NCBI RefSeq assembly: GCF_004010195.1
Contig: NC_057713.1
Location: 55,407,345 to 55,471,344, forward strand
Reading direction: 5' to 3'
DNA length: 64,000 nt
Source: Chiloscyllium plagiosum
Taxonomy: Eukaryota
Positions 25,561-39,869 of this stretch are shown here, piece after piece; positions within the stretch are counted from its first letter, which is position 1; each line of letters starts with the position of its first letter. Both the position numbers and the translations under genes were made by a program. A model generated the notes under the pieces. It did not search any database and was not told the origin of the DNA. It saw only the letters and a list, made by a program, of their open reading frames with translations.

Positions 25561-27618
25561 TTTTTCACTGTAATAAAACTTGCCACTTTACTCAAATCAG
25601 TGTTTGGTGTTAAAGTAAAAAAAACTGATACCATCCAGATTCTAATGTAGCGTAGCCTAGCAACAATATATATGAAGCTATTATAAGTTGGCCTGAAGTA
25701 GCTTTCTCAGTCATGATATGTAATGTGATACATGTAACTCAAATCATTGAAAAACATTGTGGATAACAAGTAATTTTAGTCACAGAGTAGCTGTGATAAT
25801 CAAGATTTTCTTGTCAGTCATGTCATCTCCTTTAATCCTTAACTGTGGTTCACAAACAATTATAGAACCTGTTCATTTAGAAATATTGTTGAAATCAATT
25901 AAATAGGCCATTACATTGGAATAAACTTTCTGAAAATAATCAGGTTATCCCCTAGTGAGCAAAACTCAACTGTACTTTGTAAGGTGATTAAGGAACTATT
26001 GAGGCTTTGCAAAATATTTTAATTTTGGTGAAATGCACTTCCCTCAGCTTTCAAAAGATAACTAAAGTAGCCTTCTGTTAAAGCTAGCACTCCAGTGTAT
26101 TAATAGGTATTTAAAATGAGTTAAAATTGGCAACTGGGTATTACCTTTTGAAATCCAAGTTACATTAACTGATGAAAACAATCATGAGTAATTGTATACT
26201 TCAAAAGAGAGCCTCAATTACTGATTCATTTAACTGTGTAGGTTTGTTTATTTTTAAGTCAAGACTTTTCTCTTATTCTTTTTTATGACACTTACTTGTT
26301 CTAAATGCATAATAATATAATTATCTGTATATAGCAGTGTGAGTATGTCATTTTAAGAGCACTTTAAGTGTATGGTAATGACATTTTTGTGTGTATGGTA
26401 CCTTAAATAATGTTATTTACTAAACTGCCTTCTTCTGCACTGTGAAAGTTCTGTGATTTTAAAGGAAAGGTAATAAGAGTTATGGGTGGACGAATTTCAA
26501 CCTTTCTGCAAATTTTTAAACAATTAGAATAGAATAGGAATATTACCTTGGCTTTTCATGCCCAAATCCTACAGACTGGAATTTAAACTGAAGATGCTAA
26601 GGGAATATATTGGGAGCGAGTAATATCATAGAATCATAGCAGCTTACAGCACAGAAGAAGACCCTTTGGCTCATTGAGCCAGTGCCAGTCAAACACAAGA
26701 ACCTTACTATTCTAATCCCATTTTCCAGCACTTGGCCCAGAGCCTTGTGTATCATAGTATTACAAGTGTACATCCAAATATTCCTTAAATGTTATGAGGG
26801 TTTCTGTCTGTACTATCCTTAGAGGCAGTGAGTTCCAGATTCCCATTACCGTCTGGGAGAAAACATTATTCCTCACATCCTCTAAACCACCTGCCTCTTA
26901 CCTTAAATCTATGCCCCTGATCATTGACCCCTCCACCAAGGGGAAAGGTTCCTTCCTCTCCAACCTATCTATGGCCTTCACAATTTTATACATGTAAATT
27001 ATATCTCTTGAAAGTCTCCTCTTCTCCAAGGAAAACAATCCCAGTCTATCCAATCTTTCTTCATAATAAACTCTGTAGCCCAAGCAACATTCTAGTAAAT
27101 CCCCTCTGCACCCTCCCCAGTGCAATCACATGCATTGTTAAATGTAGATTCCAGAAGTACATACAATACTCTAGCTATGGCCTAACAGATGTTTTATACG
27201 GTTCCAGCATATCGTCCCTGCCCTGAAACTCTATGCCTCAACTAATAAAGGTAAGTTATCCCATTTGCCTTCTAACACATTATCTAACAGTCTCACTATA
27301 TTAGGGGCTCTGTGGATGTGCACACCAAGAGCCTTTGATCCTTGATGCTTCCTGGGGTCCCACAGTTATCATGTGTTCCCTTGCCTTATTTGTCCTGGCC
27401 AAGTGCATCACCTTACATTTATCTGATTGAATTCCATTTGTCACTGATCAGTCCATCTGACTATCCTGTCTATATCTTCCTGCAATCTGAGGCTATATTT
27501 CTCCTTATTTACCAGCCCAACAAGTTTTGTATTATCTGATATGAACTTATTGATCAGCTCATCTGCATTCATTCGTAAATCATTTATATATATGATAAAC
27601 AGCAAGCGTCCCAAAACT

Positions 27619-29423
27619 TGCAACGTTCAAATCAGATGACCCACACCAATACAGGAAATCCAGATATGACCTCTGAAAAGCTATCAAGGATGCCAAGATG
27701 CAGTACCAGACCACGTTAGAGGCCCAAACAGACTCCTGCTGCCTATGGCAAGGCCTAAACAACATTATGGAATACAAAATGAAGCAGAGCAAGATAGCAG
27801 AATGCCAGTGGCATGATGACGCATGCCCCGACAACCCCAGACACAACTGTTCGCTTGGTCACTGCTGCAGCCGTCAGATCGGTCTTCTTGGTAGTCAACC
27901 CAAGGAAAGTACCAGGCCTGGACGGTGTCCCCAGCCAAGCACTCAGATCCTGTACATACCAACCGGTGGAGGTATTCACTGACATCTTCAACCTCTCCCT
28001 CCTCCAAGTCCAAGTCCCCACCTGCTTCAAGAAGACCACCAATATTCCTGTACCTAAAAAAACACATGCAATGTGTCTTAATGACTACCACCAAGTGGCT
28101 CTGACTTCCATAATCATAAAATGCTTCAAAAGGTTGGTCATGGCCCACATCCACTCTAGCCTCTCTGCCTGCCTTGATCCCCTACAATTTTCCTACTGAC
28201 ATAACAAATTCACAGCAAATGCCATATCCCAAGCACTGCACTCATCCTTGGAACATCTTGACAACACGGTCACCTCCTTCAGACTCCTGTTCATTGACTA
28301 CCGCTCCACCTTCAACACCATTATCCCCTCCAGATTGATCACAAAACTCCATTACCTTGGTTTCAGTTCTGCCCTTTGCAACTGGATCCTCAGCTTTCTG
28401 ACCCACAGACCACAATCAGTGAAGAAAGGCAACTGCACCTCATCCACAATGACACAGAACACTGAAGTCCCCCAAGGATGTGTCCTCAGCCCCCCCTATA
28501 GTACTCTGTATACACCCATATCTGTGTTGCCAAATTCCAAATGAAACCATCTACAAGTTCGCTGACGACACCACCATAGTGGGACAGATATCTAACAATG
28601 ACAAATCAAATAACAGAAGGGAGATGGAGGACTTGGTGATATGGTGCAATGATAACATCCTCTCCCTCAACGTCGGCAAAACCAAAGAACAGATAATTGA
28701 AATCAGCAAGAAAGGAGGAGAATGTGCCCCCATCTACATTAACGGAAAGGAGGTTGAGAGGGTGGTGAGTGTCAAGTTCCTAAGAGTGACGATAACTGAC
28801 AATCTCTCCTGGACTTCCCACGAAGACGCAACAGTCAAGAAGGGACAACATTGCTTCTTCTTCCTCAGGTGGCTCAGGAAACTTGGCATGTCCATAAGGA
28901 TGCTCACCAGCTTCTACAGATGCACCATTGAGATGCACACTTTTTGGGTGCATAAAAGCTTGATATAGCAACTGCTCTGCCCAAGATCACAAGAAACCAC
29001 AGATGGTATGCGCAGCCCAGACCATCAGGAAAGCCAACCTTTCATCCAAGGACTCTATTTACATGGCTTACTGCCACGGAAAGGCTGCCAAAATCATCAA
29101 AGACTGATCACACCCCAGTAATGATCTCTTACAACCTCTTCTGTCAGGCAGAAGATACAGAAGCCTGAACACATATACCAGCAGGTTCTGGAACAGCTTC
29201 TTCCTGTCTGTTATTAGACTGGCGAATAGACTCTCTCACCTCAAACAATGCTGATCTTGCTAACACTGGCCTCACTTAGGGCATACCCTGTGCAATATAA
29301 CCAATATGTCTCTATCTAAGTCTTTTTGAACTATGCATCCTTGCTCACTATGATCTGCCTGTACTACTCATAAACAAAGCTTTTCACTGTACCTCAGTAC
29401 ACGTGACAATAAATCAATCAATC
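27619..29423 (+). mobile_element. Rex1/Babar-type LINE, 5'-truncated and frameshifted
   Basis: NPRKVPGLDGVP...FTDIFNLSL...CLNDYHQVALTSIIIKCFKRLV...LDPLQF; [15 protein letters not shown]; PQGCVLSP; KFADDTT; FLRVTITDNLSW. The 3' end is gtgacaataaatcaatcaatc, with an AAACT TSD at 27614-27618 and 29424-29428. Confidence 0.9.
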
Positions 29424-30139
29424 AAACTGATCCCTGTGGAACTCGATTGGATACAGGCTTCCAGTTACAAAGGTATGTCTTGACCATCACCCTCTGCTTC
29501 CTGCTCGTCAGCCAATTCTCAATCCAAGTAGCTAAATTTTCTTGGATCCCATGGGCTCTTACTTTTGCTATTAGTTTCCCACGGGGGACCCTTCTCAAAA
29601 GCATTGCTGAAGTCCGAGTGGACTATGTGAAATTTATTGCACTCATCCATACAAATAGTCACCTCTGAAAAATTAGTCAGACGTGGCCTTCCCTTAACAA
29701 AACCATGCTGACTGTTCCTGGTTAATCCCTGCCTCTCTAAGTATAGACTAATTCTGTCCCTTAGAATAGCTTCTAATAGCTTTCCCAGTACTTTTCCAGG
29801 TCAGACTCACTGGCTTGTAATTTTCTGGTTTCTCCCTTCCTCATTTTTTGAAGAATGGTAGTACATTGGCTGTCATCCAGACCTCCAGCATCTCTCCTGT
29901 GTCCAAAGAGGAATTGAAAATAGTTGCCAGCACTTCTGTTATTTCTTCCCTTGCCTCAGTCAAAATTTGGAATACATTTCATCCAGTTCTGGAGATTTAT
30001 CTATTGTTAAGTCTGCCAGATCGTTCAGATCACCTCTTTGCTAATTATTCTAATTTCTTTAATTGTCTCACAGTCCTTCTCCCTGACATCATCTCTCTTA
30101 CTAGTGAGCACTGAGACAAAGTATTCGTTGAAGAATTTA

Positions 30140-30480
30140 ATAGAATTCCCATAGTGTGGAATCAAGCCATGTGGCCCAACAAGTCCACACCAACCCTCCG
30201 AAAGGTAACCCACCCAGACCTATTCCCCTACCTATTACTCTGCATTTCCCATGGCTAATGCAACTAACCTACACATTCCTGAACACTATGGGCAATTTAA
30301 TATGGCCAATTGATCTAACCTGCACACTTTTGGACTGTGGGAGAAAACCGGAGAATCCGGAGGAAACCCACCTAGATGTGGTGAGAATGTGCAAACTCCA
30401 CATAGGTAGTTGCCTGCTGGAATCAAACCCAGTTCCCCTGGCACTATGAGGCAGCAGTGCTAACCACTGGACCACCATGC
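30140..30480 (-). mobile_element. HE1 V-SINE (older copy)
   Basis: tRNA head MVVQWLALLPHSA in translation, plus the V domain; more diverged than 10385-10712. Confidence 0.88.
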
Positions 30481-32069
30481 TATTCTTTTAGATTTCTACC
30501 CATGTCCTCCAGCTCCACACACTAATTATCATTGTGATCCTTCACAAACCCTATTCTTATTGTCCTTTATTCTTAACATGAATGAAAAATAACATTGGAT
30601 TTTCCTTTATTTTATTTGTCATTATCCTCTTATGCCCCATTTTTATGCTCTTCTAATTTCCTTATTAAGTTTCCTTTTGCACATTCTATACTCCTCTAAG
30701 GTTTCTGCTGTTTTGAGCTTTGGTATCAGCCACAAGCCTCTCTTTTTCTCTTTATCCAATCCTGTACATCCCTCGATGTCCAGGGTTCACTGGATTTGTT
30801 GGTCCCACCCTTTCTGCTTTGGAATTATCAACCCTGTATCTCCCTCTGCTCTGTCACAGACTTTCCTAATATTATCTACTCCCAGTACACTTTGACCAAA
30901 TTATATCTGATCGTATTGAAATTGGCCTTACCCTAGTTGAGAACTTTGATTTTAGACCCATCCTTGTCCTTTTGCACAGGAATCATGAATCTAATTAAAT
31001 TACAATCACAGTCTGAAAATTGCTCTCCCAATGATAATTCAACCATGTGCCTGGCTTTATTACCTAACATTAAGTCTAGGATCATCCCCACACCTGTAAA
31101 GCCTTTTACATATTGAAATGAAAAGCTCCCCTGGATGCATATTAAGAATTCTGCTCTCTCTAAACCTTTCATACTTTGACTATTCCAGTTAATGTTGGGG
31201 AAGTTACAAAATTCTCCCCTATCACTACCCTATTAATTTTACACTTCTTTGAAATGTGCCTATTGGTTTGCTCTTCTATTTCTCTCTGACTGTGAGAGTT
31301 CCTATATTTGTCCTGGTTTAAGTTTACAGATTGGGTTCCAATTAAGTCAATATTAACTCAACACTTGCATATCAGTAAAATGGTAACACATCAAAATGAA
31401 TGTACTGGTCATATTGGCACTCCATTTTGAAGTATATGAGATGTGTCAGATCAGTCTGTGTTACTTGCAAGTTTTTCTTCTCTATGTGAGGAAACCGTAC
31501 AGTTTCCTTATTGGACCAAACCTGCCACAAACAGAATTAGGATCAGAGATGATCCAGCAAGGTTGGTTTTTGAAACAAAATTATTTCCATTTGGCCAAGG
31601 AAAATCAGAAATGTTTCTCTGGGGCTTGGAGTGAAATCATAGTTCTTTGATTTCCTTCACATCACTGTCTCTGGATCTTACTTACCTAATGATGGAGATT
31701 AGTTCCTTGGGTCCTTGGTGTTAATTTCATTCTTTGGCCTACTTCTTCATCATTCCCACTTAACTTGGGTGAAAAAATATTCTACAGAATGTAAATGAGG
31801 CCTAATCATTAAAGTGAACTAGGTAGACTTCCCAAGTATCACATTTGGATATACGAAGTGTTTGCTGGCTTACCTTTTATCTGGGAGTTAAAATCAATCC
31901 CATGGTTTCAAAGTGCATAACTTTTGTTCTGGACTTTCATTACCATTATTGTAAATATTCAATCATTGTTTGTTTGTCAATTAATAGCATTTTATCCAGT
32001 ATAAAGATATGGCTGCAACCTCTTTAGGCATAACTTTGCTATGATATATAGTCAAAAATGATGTAATTA

Positions 32070-32170
32070 TCCATAGAAGTAAATCTACCATTGTGAACTG
32101 GTCTGGCCTACATGTGACACCTACAGCAATAGAGTTCACTGTTGGGACTGGGCAATAAATGCTGACATAG
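32070..32170 (+). mobile_element. Fragment of the second tRNA-SINE family
   Basis: ctggtctggcctacatgtgac...gggcaataaatgctg. Confidence 0.6.
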
Positions 32171-32600
32171 TTCACAAACTCATTAATTTTAAAAATATTC
32201 CCTTGGTACAAATTGCATTTGTAAGAGGTGCTGTATAATTTGTTTTAAGCATTAATAATTCATTGGATTTGGGAAATAAGTTAAAATAAGATGCAATCAG
32301 TCAGTAATCTCAATTAAGTATCTTTACGTTAAAATTGTGGGAATGATCCAAATCACCTGTTGCTGAATAAGACAATGGACCCACAGGAACAGTTAAGAGA
32401 ATGCAATAAATTGAAACAATTGACAAGCCATTTAAATCCCTTGACTAGATTGGTATCTTAAGTAAACTGATGGCTAGCTTGTAATATTTATAATGTGAAC
32501 ATGGTGCTGAATTAGTAATTGGCAACAGGTGATCTGACTTCATTGCCAGTTATATGTCATTCGCAGTTCCACTGTGTACCATAGAACAAAATGATTTCTG

Positions 32601-32604
<4 letters not shown>

Positions 32605-32652
<48 letters not shown>
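32605..32652. repeat. (AC)24 microsatellite
   Basis: Direct reading. Confidence 0.97.
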
Positions 32653-32655
<3 letters not shown>

Positions 32656-33268
32656 TAGGAGAGCTATGACAGAGTTGATCTATATAGGATTTTAGTAACA
32701 AACAAAATGATAAACTAATCTGTTTGCATACCTTATTTCTTAGGAAAATGGTATTTACAGATAGACATTAAGAAATATGATGTCTGTGAACTCAAGCCAT
32801 TCAAGTTGTTTCTGATACTATAATACTTAAATGTAAGAATTTTACAAATCTATGTACAGAAGACAAAAATTCCATACAGAACTTGGAACAAATGGCTTGT
32901 TTCTATACTGCAAGTTCTATTTAAACAGTCTAGAGACATCACAAGGGAATAACTGTTGTAAATGAAGGTCAAAGATAATGGTGAAGAAATTCTTTCCCTC
33001 ACCTCATGCACAAAATGTAATGTAGTCTGAATTTGTATTTGTAAACTTCAGAAATAATCCTTTTAAGGTAGCGAAGGAAGGATCGTTTCTGTTTTTTTAA
33101 GTGAACAGATTTAAAAATAGAAATTTCAGCTTAAAATCTGAAGTATTTTGATTTAGTGGAGGGTGTGCAGGGGAAGGTGAAATCTTGCCCATTATTTGTC
33201 TTCAGGTATTTCTCATATAAAAATACTGTTTAGATTTTGCTCCTTTTCTAATTTTGATAGCTTTGCAT

Positions 33269-33544
33269 TTAGATTAGATTTAGATTAGATTACATTACAG
33301 TGTGGAAACAGGCCCTTCGGCCCAACAAGTCCACACTGACCCACCGAAGCGTAACCCACCCATACCCCTACATTTACCCCTTACCTAACACCACGGGCAA
33401 TTTAGCATGGCCAATTCACCTGACCTGCACATCTTTGGACTGTGGGAGGAAACCGGAGCACCCGGAGGAAACCCACGAAGACACGGGGAGAATGTGCAAA
33501 CTCCACACAGTCAGTCGCCTGAGGTGGGAATTGAACCCGGGTCT
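33269..33544 (-). mobile_element. HE1 V-SINE, 5'-truncated inside the tRNA head
   Basis: Near-identical to 10385-10665; ends at gaacccgggtct. Confidence 0.92.
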
Positions 33545-35738
33545 ACAATTTCTATTGTAAAGATCTTATTTTGTCCTATTGTTTTTAGTTTAATTCAAAT
33601 GACCTTGAAATTCAAACCAAGAAAAACCATCAAATATTTGAATTATTTCTAATTTAGAGACTGAACTTTTAAGGTAATTTTTTTTCTGCATTGGCTAGTA
33701 AACTTGAGCGTGGTAGCTACCTTCTAAACAAGCACAACAATGTTTTTTAGTTTAGTAGGTAAGAGGAAAAAAATACTTTCCATGGTTCCAAATACTTTTC
33801 CTACAATATTCCTTTTACTTTATATTTTAAGTTGAGCCTTACCTTTAAAAGTATTGACACTTCTCATTTTTCTTTATTTATATCTGGAACTGTCTAGCTT
33901 TTTGCCTTGTCATTTTAATTCACTTCAACACTCCTCTTTCTTTCCCTTGCTTCAGTGGATCTGTCAGGTCTTGAGACTTCCTTATCCGCTGGTCATGTGG
34001 TACAGAATAAGACACAGTGCAGCTACAGACATGGTGCGTTTACACCACTGCAACCAATTCAGAATAACATATTATCTATATAGTGTGCCACATTATTTGG
34101 ATCATGGTTCAACTTGAAAATTCTCTTGCTGTGACAACTATGTTGATGATGTACATGTGGGAAATGGACACAGATTTTTGATTACAGCAGACCAGGCTGT
34201 TAGTTACATTGCAGACCACAATGTATTGAACCTGAATTGCCATTGCACTCACAAGAAACATTACCATAAAATATAGTGCATATATTGGCAGTGAGTTCAA
34301 TTAAATTGAACTACAAAGAAAAATAACCTCTTTATTTACGTGATTTGATATGTTTATTTTGAAGCAACATTACAACAGATTAAAGTACTTACCATCTATA
34401 CAATCCTGTTCAATAATATTAAGCGTATATTCTTTCTCTTTTGTTTCTGCATAAATAAATGCAGTGTCCAGTTTCATCCCACTTGAAAGATAAATATTAT
34501 TATAACAGTAACCTTGCTATCAATTTTGAAATTGGACAGTGTACAGAACAATATTAAGCAGGAAGAGTTCTAAATTAATTTTGCCATTGATATCTTTAGC
34601 ATGTCATGCCTTCATATTATGACATGGGGAAGAAAAACAATTTTTCTTTTAATTAACCACATTTTGTGGTTTACACTTGATAAATTTCTGGAGCATTAAA
34701 AAAAACTGCTCTTTTAGAATTCACTACAAATCAGATATCAGCTTCCTTCTTGCCTAGATGACATTGGCTTTTATGATTTTAATAAAGTACTGTCCTTGTA
34801 TACATATACCAATCTATCCTTAATTGTGTGTATAACCTAAACAATGACTATTAGCATATTCTTCAGCTGTAAAGGTGAAGGCCATAATTCTTGGAAACTT
34901 AAGTTGATGGACCTCAAAAGTTGGGTGTGGAATGCCAATCAGTGATAAACTCTTGCTTGTTAAATGCAATGTCAACCTTGTGCTGCCAGTCATTTCAGAA
35001 CTAACCAGGATTTGAGTAGCTGAATATATTATCACAAGATCAACATTGTGGTTGGCTAGCACCACTTAAAATTCAGCCTGTGTCTGTTAAAGTGGAGGGA
35101 TACCTTGGCTGAATTAGGTGTTGATATTCATGCAACTTGGTAACATTGAAAATGGTGGGTCAACTTGGGAGATAGTGGTTTCCAAGCATTACTGTGAGCA
35201 TTACTGGTGAGGCCAATGTTTTATTGCCAATTTGCTGCTCAATAATTGCCCTGAGGAAAATGATGGTGTCTCTGAGCATGAATGCTCCACTTGTGAATGA
35301 TGTGACACAGTTAAAGGGGCAATTATATTAATCAAGCACTTGCACAGTACAGGTTGAAGTCAGCTGATAAAATAGCACCCTGTATGTGAAATTCATTCAG
35401 TGTCCAACTGAGTCAGATACTATTCCTGGCCATAAGCAACCTTGACCATGTCATTGGTCATTGCAGATTGAAGATAGTCATCTCTGTGAAGCAGAAGTAA
35501 TCACAGGCGACCTTAAAAGTGGCACCTGCAGGCCACTATTCACAAAGATACTCCAAGACTTCATAAGCTGTACAAGGACCTGAAGCTGATTCCCTCTCAC
35601 CTTGAACTGTAAGTATTTGCTAACACGTTGCTGTATGCAATTCTGCCTTTCCTGGGTGATGTAGGGGACAGAAATGGGGGTGGGGGGGTCAAGAATTCAA
35701 TACTCATACAATACTTACAATCTCCTACAGGATCATGG

Positions 35739-36075
35739 AGAATCATGGAGTCATTTAGCATGGAAACAGACCCTTCGATCCAACCAGTCCATGCTGAAAA
35801 TAATCCCAAACTAAACTAGCTCCCCCACCTGCCCTGGCCCATATCCCTCCAAACCTTTCATAATCATATATCTGACCCAATGTCTTTTAAACATTGTAAA
35901 TGTTACCCACATCCAAACTTCCTTAGAAAGTTCATTCCACACGTGAACCCACTCTCTGTGTAAAAATTATGCCTCTTATTTCTTTTTTTAAATCTCTCTC
36001 CTCTCACCTTAAAAGCGTGCCCTCAGTCTTGAATCTTCTAATCAAGGGAAAAGACAACTTCCATTAACTCTATGA
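35739..36075 (-). mobile_element. CR1/HER1 3' end
   Basis: Homologous to 15750-16085. Confidence 0.85.
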
Positions 36076-36129
36076 AAGAGTTACAGCTGAATGTCCCCTC
36101 AGGATGTGTGGGATATCCAGAGTCCATCA

Positions 36130-36480
36130 TCCTCTGGCTGAATGAGGCGCAGTGTCACTGCAGACCAAGGACTTTCTGGGGAAATGCCATAGAACTATGG
36201 CGGCTGCTGGATTAGGGCCTGTGATATGAAGGGGTGGGGGGCCTATCCTATCCCAATGACTGTCAAGGAGACAGCTATGCTAAAACTTTATGCAGCTGAC
36301 TACTTCCAAGAGGCCAATGGGGACTGAGTGGGATTTCACAACCCTTGAGCCATAAGTGTATTATGACTGTAACTGATTTGTGCATGATTAAACTGCTTCA
36401 TTTCCTGTGACGAGATCAGTGCTGCAGTAGGTTTTGCCATCATAGCTCGCTTTCCTATAGCCTGTACACTTAGCATTGAG
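36130..36480 (+). mobile_element. PIF/Harbinger transposase remnant
   Basis: Frameshifted translation VKETAMLK/FYAADYFQEANGD...GISQP..HKCI...AVGFAIIARFP resembles Harbinger VKVTAALNFYASGSFQ..GD.CGISQ...GF..IAGFP. Confidence 0.55.
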
Positions 36481-38599
36481 AGTGCCATATCATAACAGCT
36501 AACCTCGTCATGAGCAAAAGGTTGGACTCCATCAATGCACAAGTTCTCAATGATCATTGATTCCATATCCAAGAAACCTGTGCAGATGTGGAGGAACGTG
36601 AAGGCTGTAATGATATGTGAAGGAGAGGTTTGCAAAATTATAGAAGACTTTGATAGAGTGAGTAGACAGTGAGTGGAGGGGCTAATAATCTAAGGCCAAT
36701 TAATGTAAGATAGTCACCAAGAAATCCAGTCAAGAATTTTCTACCTTCCCCAGTGCAAATAGACATGGGTAATAAATGTGATGCATCCAGCAACACCTAC
36801 ATCCCATGAACAAATAAAAAAAGAATCATGTTACACATGATAACTGCTTGCTTTGCTATGGACTCCTGCTGGAGTTGCTTGAATAGATATCAGTTTGGTG
36901 ATGTTCAAGTTATGTGTCTTAGGTTGAGGGACAAGACACATCTGAGGAACAGCTGCTCAGCTCATCTCATCTATTTCTGAAAAGACAATCCTTCTCTTGA
37001 GTACAGGGTGTAACTTTTTCATTCTTCTAAAAGAGGGATTGCAGGATCTTCACATCTTAAATTTCTTAAGCAAGATCTGTCTTCAAGATTGCAAAGGATC
37101 TATACATGATCAGTAATTTGACCACATATGCTGGAACGTGTGACAAATGTCAGGACATGCTACACTCTGTTCATTCAAGAATAATCCATTGGTCAAAGTG
37201 TTTTTTTTTCAGATGCCATTCTGCTGAGTTTTCTTTTGCCTTTTTCTGAAATATGCATGTGTGTCTATGTTTGGGATTATTTAGAGGGTTAAACATTATG
37301 GCTAAATTTAACCAGAAATTGGCCAAATCTCAATCTTGGCAAGTTTCCTGGAAGGTTTGTCTCCTTGAGGCCTAGTGAGATTTCTCACACTATTTCCTTA
37401 TTCCTATGCACCATGCCTCGATGATGCTTCACTCATTCAATCTTCCCTCTCAGAGATGGAAGTCCTGTTGCTGCCAAACCCTTCCAGGATCTCTGGTGCT
37501 GGCACTATTTTTAAAACCCAGCCATGAAATCAGTGAAATGTTGCCAGCCGGAAGTTGCCCTTCACTCTGTACAGGGTGGAGGGGAACCAAAAACAAATGC
37601 TTTTCAGGGTATACAGTTAGCACAGCTGTCGCTTCATTGGAAGTTCACTTTTGTAAATTGGTTGCAATGTAATACCATTCTAAGATGGCATGATACTAAG
37701 GGAGTGCTCCTCCTTTCCAAATAGGCAGTGGAGCCTCACACCTTCTCATTATTCAATGTGGGGCTGTCACATAAAGAAAAACCATCAAATGGTTAAAAAC
37801 TCTCACTTTTGATCAGCAACAAAAGAGGAGAATAAACAATCAAATCTGTGTTCACCACTGGACACAGAAGGAGATTGCTTGCCTTTTGAGACACATAGGT
37901 TTACATTAAATGTATGATCATTGCATCTAGCTCACTTCTATTGGAACGCGTTGTCAATTGAGTCCTGTCTGGCTTGCTACAATTGACATTGAAGTGCTTT
38001 ATCACACAGAAGATATTGTTCCTCCAGTGTACTCATCTTCCTTCTTAGGATACTATTTCTGCTCTCTGTTATTCAGAGTCCATCGCTACCTCTCATTCCT
38101 TGTCCATTTGTGCAGAGCACAGAATGCTAGGATTATGCAGCACACTTTGCCTGAGCCACTATGCAATGCCCCCACTCCAAACTGATCCAAGTATTAGAAA
38201 CCCCTCTTCAGCAAACTTATTGTCTGTTCCATATGGCCCAGATCAAAGAATGGATTGCATTGTAGCTACATTTAACCTCATTCTGTAATGGAGTCATCAG
38301 CCATAGGTGCGAATGTTAGCCCTGGTCTCCCAATAACCATCTTTGCAAAGTGCACAGCCATTGAAACAAACCAGGAACATGAAGGAACTCATGGTTATAG
38401 GCACCCTGCCAGCTCCCCATCCCAATACAGAAAGAAACCAAATCTGTTGATTCTTTTCTTCACATGTGTACCCATACATTTCTAATATCATAATTTGGAA
38501 ATAGAGTCTCCTTCTTGAATTGCTGCCATCTTTAGGAAGTACAGACATCAACAGTACTGTCATTCCATAACTTTGACCAAGCGACAGTGAACGAAAGGC

Positions 38600-38880
38600 A
38601 ATTTTATATTTTGAAGTGAAGATGGTGTGTGCTTTGGAGGCAAAATTGCAGGTGCTGGTGTTCCCATGCATCAGTTACCATTCTCCTTCTATGGGGCAGA
38701 AATTGTAGGTTTGGAAGGTGATATTGAAGGTGCTTAGGTAAATTACATCATGCACTATGTCACTCTGTGTTGGTGGTGAAGGAAGTGATTACTAAATATG
38801 ATGGATGGGGTATCAATCCAGTAAGCTGCTTTCTCCTGGATGGTGTCAAGTTTCTTGACAGTTGATGGCCCTGAGACTGC
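38600..38880 (-). mobile_element. Fragment of the LINE family at 1300-2900
   Basis: aaattgcaggtgctggtgttcccatgc...cctggatggtgtcaag matches 1515-1750. Confidence 0.65.
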
Positions 38881-39869
38881 CTGATTATAGAGCTATAACT
38901 TCTACTTCTTAATCTGGATGATCTCTGTTTTTGTTTCATCTCAAATAAATCAAGACAAGAATAGACTGTTTGGTATGGCTTTACCACCTGAATCTCTCTC
39001 TCTCCACCCACCCCCACCCCCACCCCTTGATTATCATTTCAAAAATGAATGAGAATTTAAAGTTGCAGATTTCATTGCTCCATTTGGAAATACATTTGGT
39101 CTGTACAGCAAGTATTTCCTGTTTGACAGCTTCCCATAGTTTAATCACTACCTTACCCGCCAATGCTTTATCAAAATAAATTCAACATTTCTCATTAAAA
39201 TTGTCTCTTTCCAAATTTTATTTTTGAATTTTATCTCGAACGTAATTGTATTGCTTATTCATCTGCTCCAAGGTTTTGGCTCATTGTCTGAAGTGTCATC
39301 CAAAGTATCTGCATTCCACTTTAGCTATAAGATGTGGCAAATCTTAAATCTACCTTAGCCGCAATGGACATGAAACCTGTGCTGTTGATGTTAATCTGAA
39401 CAATATGCTAGCTGTCCAAATGACTGAGCTTACTGGCCCATTTCCTAATTATATTTTGTTTATTAATTTCTAGATGCTCATCATTCCTTTATAATTAAAA
39501 AGTTCTCTAATTAATTTCATAGAACTAGATCTATCGTTGTCATATTTCTTACTGGACTACAAACATATTGCAATTTGAGACAATTTGCTATTTATGTTAC
39601 TTAAGTGCAATCCTTCTATGTATGCATATGGTTGTCCCTTGGAATGAGGATGATACTTGCACTTGGAAAGAACTCATGTGTGGGATTGTTTGATACAGGA
39701 GCCTATTGTTCTGCAGTTACCACATGGTTCTGGCAGAACAGAAAACATTCCTGCCTGCCATAGGCTTATTGGAAGGATTTATAGACTACTAATCAATTTG
39801 TTTGAAGACAATCATTCTTAGCTGGACAAAACCAAGTCGACCAATTACCTGCCTGTCTTTTTAATATAC

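Larger units (their letters stand above)
26626..31310 (-). mobile_element. Long CR1 LINE (EN to 3' end), split by a Rex1/Babar element and an HE1
   Basis: Minus-strand peptides LDLMLGN (EN), RVPRGKLIAKVRAHGI...VPQGSV, LLFIIYINDL...SDNTKL and YEERLDRLGLFSLEKRRL; tail atcatagaatcatag at 26625. Confidence 0.9.

Noticed and set aside
2405-33652. Repeated small ORFs 'DCGRKPEHPEETHADTGRTCKLHT' and 'MVAQWLALLPHSARD' that look like a gene family
   Set aside because: They are spurious translations of HE1 SINE copies.
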